A stretch of DNA of 64,000 nt, from positions 369,402 through 433,401 of the forward strand of contig JBHLOY010000002.1 in the NCBI GenBank assembly GCA_048939995.1, in the 5' to 3' direction. The position numbers and the translations under genes are program-made. Under the pieces are notes generated by a model, which worked only from the letters and a program-made list of their open reading frames with translations, was not told the DNA's origin and searched no databases. Origin of the DNA: Promethearchaeota archaeon (GTDB taxonomy: Archaea > Asgardarchaeota > Lokiarchaeia > Sigyniarchaeales > SOKP01). This document shows, piece after piece, positions 56,762 to 64,000 of the stretch; position 1 is the stretch's first letter; every line of letters begins with the position of its first letter.

Positions 56762-58186
56762 TTAAGATTCGCTAGCAAAAAGCTCGTTAAAAGCCTTTTT
56801 TGCAGTTTCGCGAACATCAACATCTTTATCTATTCTTAATTCATTTAACAAATCCTTTATCTCTATGGGATTATATTTCATTAAAGCTTTTATAAGATAT
56901 AATTTTACTATCCAATCGTTATCGTTAATCAGTCTTTTGAATGCTCCAAAAACTTTAGGACCTCCAATCATACTTAAATGCTTTATTGCTGCTGTCTTTT
57001 TTGCTCTTTGAGGATCATTTAAATTATTAATTAACAAATCTGTAATTTGATCTTGAGAATTTCTATCTAATAAATTAAACATATTCGCAAAAAGTTGGGG
57101 GTTGATCTGTTCTAAATTTAGTTTTTGCTGCATTAAATGAATTTTATTTTTAGTTAACGCTTCTTCTTCTTGTTCTTTCAATTTTATTAACATTTCATTT
57201 AGTTGTTTATTTTCATTTTGAATTTTTTCTAATTTAATATTGACAAGTTCTAATTCTTCTTCTTTCTGGCTCATAAGTTTCCTGTATTCACTTTCTTTAC
57301 TAATTTCAAGAGTCTTTATTCGATTTAACTCATTTTCAAGTTCATCATTGTGAAATTTTAAATTATCTGATATTGATGTATTTGTTAGTAAGGCATTTCT
57401 TAAATGTTCTTTTTCAGTTTCTAAATTATTTATTTTATCTAATAATTCAGATTTTTCACTAGGAGAAAAACTAGTTTGATTTGAGCCTTCTGTTTCAATT
57501 TTTTGGTTTTCTTTTATTAAATTCTTATGAGCGATGTTAAGATCCTCTAATTCCTTACTAATACTCTGTTTGAGGTATTCAGATTCCTCCAGTTTAATTT
57601 TAAATTCTTGTAATTCAGCTTTTAATGCTTCTATTTTTACTCTATTTATCCCATTCTCCTCAGTAAGTTGAAAGATCACCTTTTTTGCATCAATTAGTTG
57701 TTGGGCCTTATCATCTAATTCAATTTGTTCTAAGCGTTTCATTTTTTCTTGAAAAAGTTCTAATTTTTCTTCCAAATCATTAATTATTGCTTTTTTCTGT
57801 TCGTTCTCCTCAGTTAATTGAACTACAACCTTATTGGTGTATATTAATTCTTCACTCTCTTCATTATAATTTTTAGCTTTCTCCAACTCAATAGTTATAT
57901 CTTCTAACGTTTGTTCTAAAATTTCGATATCTTTATCTTTTTTTATTAAATCTTGTTTTTGATTGGAAATCATTTCTTTTAATGTTTCGATATCTGCTGG
58001 TAAATCATTTTCATGAATCTCCTTAAGTTTTGCACGTTGATTTTGGATTATTCTTTTTTGCTCATTCACGGTAAATGTTAATCTCTGTACTTCTTCTTTT
58101 AAGTAACGAATGATTCTTTCTAAATCAGAGTGCGCACGATTCGCAGAGTCTATGGATTCAATTATATCTTTTAAATTTTTGCTCAT
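56762..58186 (-). CDS. Long coiled-coil protein with C-terminal HEAT (PBS-lyase-like) repeats
   Basis: About 370 aa of E/K/L/Q-rich heptad-like sequence, followed by DPQRAKKTAAIKHLSMIGGPK..NDNDWIVKLYLIKAL..DKDVDVRETAKKAF. Confidence 0.65.
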   Translation of the reverse strand: MSKNLKDIIESIDSANRAHSDLERIIRYLKEEVQRLTFTVNEQKRIIQNQRAKLKEIHENDLPADIETLKEMISNQKQDLIKKDKDIEILEQTLEDITIELEKAKNYNEESEELIYTNKVVVQLTEENEQKKAIINDLEEKLELFQEKMKRLEQIELDDKAQQLIDAKKVIFQLTEENGINRVKIEALKAELQEFKIKLEESEYLKQSISKELEDLNIAHKNLIKENQKIETEGSNQTSFSPSEKSELLDKINNLETEKEHLRNALLTNTSISDNLKFHNDELENELNRIKTLEISKESEYRKLMSQKEEELELVNIKLEKIQNENKQLNEMLIKLKEQEEEALTKNKIHLMQQKLNLEQINPQLFANMFNLLDRNSQDQITDLLINNLNDPQRAKKTAAIKHLSMIGGPKVFGAFKRLINDNDWIVKLYLIKALMKYNPIEIKDLLNELRIDKDVDVRETAKKAFNELFASES

Positions 58187-58394
58187 ATTTTAAAAATTTA
58201 TTTTATAAAAGTTAAAAAAGTTTGAATTAAAAAATATTCACATTTTATAATCAGTTGATAGTATGTGAAGGTAAAAAACGTAAATGCCTCAAGACAGAGT
58301 AAATAGTAATATTTAAAAATATGTTTAAAATTTATTTCATTAGAAAATTATTTAAGATTTTAAAACTTCACTGCAAAAAGCTGGAGGTATATAT

Positions 58395-58595
58395 ATGACA
58401 AATGAAGAAGTTCCTGATTTTGATATAAACCTTAGAGAGGATGAGGACGATTGGGACGATGAGGATGATTGGGATGAAGATGAGGAAGAAGATTTGGATG
58501 ATTACAATGATGGTGAGTGGGATGATGATTTTGAATATGATGACGATGATGACGATGATGACGATGATGATGACGATGATGATGATTATGACTAA
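58395..58595 (+). CDS. Extremely acidic small protein ending in a D16 tract
   Basis: 66 aa, mostly D/E, with repeated DDW/DEW and a terminal EY-D16-YD. Confidence 0.45.
   Translation: MTNEEVPDFDINLREDEDDWDDEDDWDEDEEEDLDDYNDGEWDDDFEYDDDDDDDDDDDDDDDDYD
58539..58586 (+). repeat. (GAT/GAC)16 trinucleotide microsatellite encoding poly-Asp
   Basis: 16 consecutive Asp codons, read directly from the sequence. Confidence 0.9.
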
Positions 58596-58643
58596 TGAGG
58601 CTTAAATAAGAAAAAATTATTCATTTTTTTTAACTACATTTTT

Positions 58644-59120
58644 TTAAAGAATTTTAATCTCTCTGATAATATCTCCTTGAATAATTGAATCTACAACCTT
58701 TTGATCTTCTGGACCTGCTACTTGGCCAAATATAGTATGCTTATTATTCAAATGGGGTGTAGGGACGTGAGTAATGAAGAATTGACTGCCATTCGTATTA
58801 GGACCTGCGTTGGCCATTGCTAGCAATCCTGGTTTATCAAATCTCTTATTGGATTGAAATTCGTCGACAAAAGGATATTTAATTTGTTGCCCTTGATGTA
58901 GAAAAGAATCAATTCCTTTAGATCTGGGACTCCCAGTGCCATTTCCAAGAGGATCCCCACCTTGGATCATGAAATTTTTTATTACTCGATGGAATTTTAG
59001 ATTATTGTAAAATCTTCTTCTTGCTAAAAAAAGAAAGCTAGCCACTGTTAATGGTGCCTCATTATCAAACAAATTCAGATTGATATTCCCCTTATCAGTT
59101 ACAATAATTATTTTGGTCAT
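58644..59120 (-). CDS. Cyclophilin-type peptidyl-prolyl cis-trans isomerase
   Basis: Contains FHRVIKNFMIQGGDP, LAMANAGPNTNGSQFFIT and HTIFGQV. Confidence 0.95.
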   Translation of the reverse strand: MTKIIIVTDKGNINLNLFDNEAPLTVASFLFLARRRFYNNLKFHRVIKNFMIQGGDPLGNGTGSPRSKGIDSFLHQGQQIKYPFVDEFQSNKRFDKPGLLAMANAGPNTNGSQFFITHVPTPHLNNKHTIFGQVAGPEDQKVVDSIIQGDIIREIKIL

Positions 59121-59256
59121 AGGTATTCTAAAATATCTTTTAATTAAAATTATGCTTCTATCTTGTTAATGCAAAATTAATTTATAAAAAATTTAAAGTT
59201 AATATAAATAAAGTATTTTCATAGATATATTAAATTCATTCAAATAAAGATTTAGT

Positions 59257-61428
59257 ATGACAGTCGATCACGATCTCTCTTACTTTTTTAGTCCAAAGAG
59301 TATTGCAGTAGTTGGAACAAGTCCTACTCCGGGGAAAGTTGGCTATAATGTATTAAAAAATATAATAGACTCAGGATATTCAGGGAAGATTTACCCTATT
59401 CATCCTATAGCAAAAGATATTCTTAGTTGTAAGTCTTATAAAAGTGTATTAGAAGTTCCAAACGAGATTGATATTGCTATTATAGTAATTCCAGCTAAAA
59501 ATGTCATTTCTGTTGCTAAAGAGTGTGGAAAGAAAAAGATTAAGGGTTTGGTAATAATATCTGCCGGTTTTAAAGAGATTGGAGGAGAAGGTATTCAGAG
59601 AGAACGAGATCTTATCGATATTGCAGTAAAATATAAAATGAGAATTATTGGTCCTAACTGTTTAGGCTTCATTGGAACTCAATATAATGGGTCTTTTGCA
59701 TCTAATACTCCCAAAAAAGGACATATTGCGATGATATCTCAATCTGGTGCCATGTTAACTGGGATGATGGATTATTCTATGGATCAAGCTTTTGGATTCT
59801 CATGCAATATAAGCTTAGGAAATAAAGCAGATCTTGATGAAGTCGACTTTATCGAGTATTTAGCGGAAGACCCTGATACAAAAGTTATTTTATGTTATTT
59901 AGAAAGCGTAGAAGATGGAGAAAAATTCCTTAAAGTGGTTTCTAAAGCTTCAAGAAAGAAGCCAATAATTATTCTGAAAGCAGGTATAAGTGAAGCAGGG
60001 GCAAGAGCTGCATCAAGTCATACTGGTGCTCTTGCGGGATCTGATATAGCTTATACTCTCGCATTTGAAAAGTGTGGGGTTTTACGAGCAAAAACAATAG
60101 AAGATCTATTCGATTATGGAGAAATTTTTTTATACCAACCCATACCAAAAAAGAATTCGTTTGCGATTATCACAAATGCAGGAGGTCCTGGTATTGTAGC
60201 TACTGATGCATTCGAACGTGAGAATTTGAAATTTGCTCAGTTTGCAGAACCTATTTTGCACCAATTACGAGATAAATTACCACCAGAGGCTGCTATATTC
60301 AATCCCGTTGATATCATTGGAGACGCAACACCAGAAAGATATAATTTTACACTAAAAACGATATTTGGTCTAAATTCAGAAATGAATTCAATAAAAATAG
60401 ATCAAGAGGATATTACTACTTATGGAGCGTTAATTATTATGTCTCCTCAAGCACAGACTAAACCTGATGATGTTGCAAAAATTATACACAATTTATCTAA
60501 AGAGTATCTAACAGAAAAGCCAATAATTTGTTCCTTTATAGGGGGAGTTTCAGTCAATAAGGCTGTAAAATATTTAAAGCAACATCACATTCCATGTTAT
60601 CCCTTCCCTGAGCAAGGAGCACAATCTCTTAAAGTAATGGTTGATTACGGTGAGTATTTACAAAGTATACCTATAGACCAATTTAATGTCCCTCAATTTG
60701 ATGTAAATAAAGATAGAGTTAAAGAAATTTTTCATAATGTTAGAAATGATGGCAGAACAGTTCTTTTAAGTCATGAGTCAAGTGAAGTATTCGAATGCTA
60801 TGGTATTAAATCACCAAAGTCAAAATTAGCCCAAACTCCCCGTGAAGCAATGAAATTACAAGAAGAGCTGGGATTAGCAGTAATGAAAATAGTTTCTCCC
60901 CAGATAATCCACAAAAGTGATATAGGAGGGATAATATTAAATATAGCATCCCCAGAACAAGCATTTGAGGCTTATATTCAAATTATTGATAACTCAAAGC
61001 GATTTGGCCCTCAGAATGCGAAAGTGTATGGTGTTGAAGTGCAAGAAATGATTGATTACAAAAAGCAAAAAAAGGTAAATGAATTAATTATTGGAATGTC
61101 ACGAGACCCCCAATTTGGTGCTCTACTAATGGTTGGTTCTGGAGGAATTTATGCTAATTTTCTAAAAGACGTATCATTTGCTCTATCATATAAATTTACT
61201 TCTGAAGATGCTAAAAAGATGCTTTATAACACTAAAATATTTAGTTTATTACAAGGAGTTAGAGGTGAAAGTCCTTCAGATACAGATGCAATAATTGAAG
61301 TTCTGTTAAAGCTTTCTCAACTAGTTAATGATTTCCCAGATATCATGGAATTGGATATTAATCCTCTTTTAAGTTTTATCCAAGGTTATTCTGCTGTTGA
61401 TATTAAAATTACAATCTCTCGTGAATGA
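59257..61428 (+). CDS. acd: ADP-forming acetyl-CoA synthetase (fused alpha/beta, NDP-forming acyl-CoA synthetase family)
   Basis: CoA-binding N-terminus SIAVVGTSPTPGKVG, a phosphohistidine loop SSHTGALAG, and a C-terminal ATP-grasp domain. Confidence 0.9.
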   Translation: MTVDHDLSYFFSPKSIAVVGTSPTPGKVGYNVLKNIIDSGYSGKIYPIHPIAKDILSCKSYKSVLEVPNEIDIAIIVIPAKNVISVAKECGKKKIKGLVIISAGFKEIGGEGIQRERDLIDIAVKYKMRIIGPNCLGFIGTQYNGSFASNTPKKGHIAMISQSGAMLTGMMDYSMDQAFGFSCNISLGNKADLDEVDFIEYLAEDPDTKVILCYLESVEDGEKFLKVVSKASRKKPIIILKAGISEAGARAASSHTGALAGSDIAYTLAFEKCGVLRAKTIEDLFDYGEIFLYQPIPKKNSFAIITNAGGPGIVATDAFERENLKFAQFAEPILHQLRDKLPPEAAIFNPVDIIGDATPERYNFTLKTIFGLNSEMNSIKIDQEDITTYGALIIMSPQAQTKPDDVAKIIHNLSKEYLTEKPIICSFIGGVSVNKAVKYLKQHHIPCYPFPEQGAQSLKVMVDYGEYLQSIPIDQFNVPQFDVNKDRVKEIFHNVRNDGRTVLLSHESSEVFECYGIKSPKSKLAQTPREAMKLQEELGLAVMKIVSPQIIHKSDIGGIILNIASPEQAFEAYIQIIDNSKRFGPQNAKVYGVEVQEMIDYKKQKKVNELIIGMSRDPQFGALLMVGSGGIYANFLKDVSFALSYKFTSEDAKKMLYNTKIFSLLQGVRGESPSDTDAIIEVLLKLSQLVNDFPDIMELDINPLLSFIQGYSAVDIKITISRE

Positions 61429-61492
61429 ATTAAGAAAATATAAAATATTAGATATATTTAATTAAAATGATAAAAGAAAGAAGGAATGAGTT

Positions 61493-62557
61493 ATGGCAAA
61501 GACAATATATTTATGCTCCTTAGCTGAGCATGTGGGAAAAAGTTTAATCTCAATAGGGATAATGTTAAAGCTACAAGAAGAAGGGAAGAAAGTAGCTTAT
61601 TTTAAACCTATCGGTATTCCTCGAGGAGCCTACTCAAATAAAGCTGATCGTGATGTAGGATTCATACAAGCTACTGTATTTAGAACCACATTACCCTATG
61701 ACATTATTAGCCCTGTTTCGATTCCAGATTGCTATTACGTCGATTTAATTGATGCAACAAAAAAAGAAGATTATTTAGATAATATAAAGAAGGCTTATGA
61801 TGAATTAATTAAAGAATATGAATATATCATTATTGAAGGAGCTCCAAGCATCAAAAAATATATTCGTGTTGGATTAGACGATTTAACTGTAGCTCAAAAA
61901 TTAGGGTTAAATGAGCTTGTATTTATACAAGCGGAATCATCAGATAAGTGTATTGACAACTTATTTTTCACTAAAAAATATTTCGAATTTAGAAATATGA
62001 AATTTAAAGGAATAATATTTAACAAAATTGATTACGATTATAAAGCTCGAATTGAAGAATTGCAGGAAAACCATATTAATCGTTATGAAATCCCAGTAAT
62101 TGGGTTAATTGAAAAAACCTTAGAATTATTAAGCCCCAGAGTCTCTGAAATTCAATTTGCAATAGGCGCTGAATTACTTAATGAACCTGCGAGAGGAAAT
62201 TTAAATCAAATGGTCGAAACGTATATTATTGCTGCTATGAATGTTCAAGCAGCTTTAAAATATCTAAGATCTGTTAAGAAGGCAGCAGTAATAACAGGAG
62301 GTGATAGGATTGATGTTGTGCTTGCAGCATTAAAGGAAGATGTAGTTGCCTTAGTCTTAACAGGATTTATTCAACCAGACGCAGCTGTGATAAGTGCTGC
62401 AAATGAAAAAAAGGTACCAATCCTATTAAGTCCCAGTGATACGTATACTACAATAAGAAATATGGAGCGAGTAAAACCGGGAATTCAAGAAGAAGAGATT
62501 AATCTAGTGAAAGATTTAGTCAAGAGTAAATTGAATTGGGATTTATTATTGAAGTAA
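61493..62557 (+). CDS. Pta N-terminal-like protein (BioD/CobQ-like domain plus DRTGG domain), no PTA catalytic domain
   Basis: DRTGG-type segment AAVITGGDRIDVVLAAL. Architecture resembles the regulatory N-terminus of long phosphotransacetylases. Confidence 0.7.
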   Translation: MAKTIYLCSLAEHVGKSLISIGIMLKLQEEGKKVAYFKPIGIPRGAYSNKADRDVGFIQATVFRTTLPYDIISPVSIPDCYYVDLIDATKKEDYLDNIKKAYDELIKEYEYIIIEGAPSIKKYIRVGLDDLTVAQKLGLNELVFIQAESSDKCIDNLFFTKKYFEFRNMKFKGIIFNKIDYDYKARIEELQENHINRYEIPVIGLIEKTLELLSPRVSEIQFAIGAELLNEPARGNLNQMVETYIIAAMNVQAALKYLRSVKKAAVITGGDRIDVVLAALKEDVVALVLTGFIQPDAAVISAANEKKVPILLSPSDTYTTIRNMERVKPGIQEEEINLVKDLVKSKLNWDLLLK

Positions 62558-62622
62558 TTAATCTAATTTTTTAAAAAGTAAAAAAAAAGTAATTAAAAAT
62601 TAATTTTTCAAGTTATATTTCT

Positions 62623-62949
62623 TTAAGGAAACATCATCCATCCAAATCCAAGCAAGCCAAGAATAAAAGCACCTAAAAATACTATGATTATGATGCTTAA
62701 TAAAAGTCCGATTATTCCTAAGACTAATCCTGCTATTCCTAATCCCTTTGAGTCATCTTTTGCAATTCCTATTCCTCCAAAAATGATTCCTAGTGCACCA
62801 AAAGGAATACCTAAAAAGAATAACCAACATAGTACAAGGGATAAGATACCAAATATTAATCCAAGAATTCCAAAAACTTTTCCCATTGAACTCACACTAT
62901 ATTTTTTTATACTCATTTCTAGTTGAAACGATGTTATTAATAATTGCAC
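62623..62949 (-). CDS. Small Gly-zipper membrane protein
   Basis: 108 aa with repeated GxxxG-type helices (GILGLIFGILSL, GIAGLVLGIIGLL). Confidence 0.45.
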   Translation of the reverse strand: MQLLITSFQLEMSIKKYSVSSMGKVFGILGLIFGILSLVLCWLFFLGIPFGALGIIFGGIGIAKDDSKGLGIAGLVLGIIGLLLSIIIIVFLGAFILGLLGFGWMMFP

Positions 62950-63110
62950 TAATACTATTTAAATATTTATGTTAACGGGGGAAATATTTCCCTCAAAAAA
63001 ACCTTTCAAAAATTAAAATTGGCTAAAATTATTGACTCTTTTACCTATTCGACAAAAAAGTAAATTATAGTTTTAAATAGTTACACGTAGTTAATCAATA
63101 TATACATTTG

Positions 63111-64000
63111 GTGGTAATTTTGGAAAAGAATAGAGAAAATAAAAGTTTAATTGTTATTGGTGGAGGAATTACAGGTTTAAGCACCGCTTTAACATGGGCA
63201 CTTAATCATGATGTGAAAAAAGAACATGTTCTTTTAATCGAGAAAGAACCTAAAACTGGTGGTTATGTCACTTCATATGAAAGGGATGGATTCCTATTCG
63301 ATACATGTCAAATGATTCCTAACTTATCTGACATCTTAAATTATCTCGGGATAAAAATTGACCTCAAAGCATTCACAGGTTATTATATGAGGATTTTCTT
63401 GGTGAATCCCAAGACTCAGGAAAGAAAAGTTCTTGAATTACCTTCCGGAGTAGAATTTTTTAAAAAAGAATTAATGCGAAAATATCCCAATAATGCAGAG
63501 CAAATAGAAAAATTCTTAGATTATTCAAGAGCAATGTATCTTGAATTATTTGACTTAAAAGTTGAACCAACTATTGGCGAAATCTTTAAGACTTTAATAA
63601 AATGTCCAAAAATCGTTAAAAACGGTTCTAAAACTTTTAAGAGTTATTTTGAAAAATTTGGTATAACTGAACCCGAAGTGATTGAAATATTTAATGTTTT
63701 TGCAGAATTTAGCGCCCTTCCAGCGGAGCAAGTAACATCGATTGTACCGATTTCTGCTATGAATTCATTATTAGATGGAGTTTTTCGTCCAACAAAAGGT
63801 TTCATCGAATTACCTAAGCAATTAGAAAAAAGATATCTTAGTTTAGGGGGTGAATTGCGTGTAAACACCAAAGTAAAAAATATTATTATTGAAAAGGGAA
63901 CTGTCAAAGGAGTTAAATTAGAAAATAATGAGGAACTTGAAGCTAATTATGTTGTAAGTACCATTGATCCTAAAGTCGCTATGAGAGATATGGTTGGATT
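63111..64000 (+). CDS. FAD-dependent oxidoreductase, phytoene desaturase (CrtI/COG1233)-like; 3'-partial at window end
   Basis: Own translation: ..KSLIVIGGGITGLSTALTW..LLIEKEPKTGGYVTSYERDGFLFD, a dinucleotide-binding motif. The frame stays open from 63081 to the window end. There is no ATG, so the start is GTG 63111 or TTG 63120. Confidence 0.8.
   Translation, partial: MVILEKNRENKSLIVIGGGITGLSTALTWALNHDVKKEHVLLIEKEPKTGGYVTSYERDGFLFDTCQMIPNLSDILNYLGIKIDLKAFTGYYMRIFLVNPKTQERKVLELPSGVEFFKKELMRKYPNNAEQIEKFLDYSRAMYLELFDLKVEPTIGEIFKTLIKCPKIVKNGSKTFKSYFEKFGITEPEVIEIFNVFAEFSALPAEQVTSIVPISAMNSLLDGVFRPTKGFIELPKQLEKRYLSLGGELRVNTKVKNIIIEKGTVKGVKLENNEELEANYVVSTIDPKVAMRDMVG

Overview
The window is AT-rich and gene-dense, and reads as archaeal. 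Supporting gene content: archaeal-type ProRS, HdrABC-MvhD, ADP-forming acetyl-CoA synthetase, PGF-CTERM-like anchors and a large LRR protein. This fits an Asgard/Lokiarchaeia-like organism, but the taxonomy is inference only. I saw no rRNA, tRNA, CRISPR array, transposase or integrase.

Main blocks:
- 0-19.9 kb: housekeeping and accessory genes. These are a CPBP protease, proS, a beta-helix repeat membrane protein, a LAGLIDADG remnant, an FwdA-like amidohydrolase broken by one in-frame TGA, two paralogous fused Opp/Dpp-type permeases, flavodoxin, a frameshifted methyltransferase, a MobA-like protein, purF and a purF paralog.
- 20-33 kb: hypFDE, an MFS transporter, an orphan [NiFe]-hydrogenase small-subunit paralog, and a divergent hdrC-hdrB-hdrA-mvhD-polyferredoxin cluster.
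- 33.7-35.8 kb: a HEAT + LRR protein.
- 36.4-48.4 kb: the most unusual region. A GlcD/GlcF-like dehydrogenase pair sits next to a minimal System I cytochrome c maturation set (ccmF, ccmAB, ccmC, an unannotated ccmD-like ORF, and a Cys-type ccmE). Interleaved with these are three exported or surface-anchored proteins whose only extracytoplasmic Cys lies in an N-terminal H-x(2-3)-C-H motif. There is no CXXCH substrate and no ccmG/H.
- 48.8-53.9 kb: an Lrp-like regulator, then a second hydrogenase/hdr cluster. Its large subunit is truncated and is completed by a separate unannotated VhuU-like ORF carrying an in-frame TGA (selenocysteine) at the Ni-ligand position.
- 54-64 kb: hypC, a CooC-like ATPase, a coiled-coil/HEAT protein, a poly-Asp protein, cyclophilin, ACD, a DRTGG-domain protein and a partial FAD oxidoreductase.

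Several duplication scars are visible. A conserved two-box promoter-proximal motif with exact 31-bp spacing recurs at three loci.

All functional calls rest on motif recognition by eye. No database searches were run.
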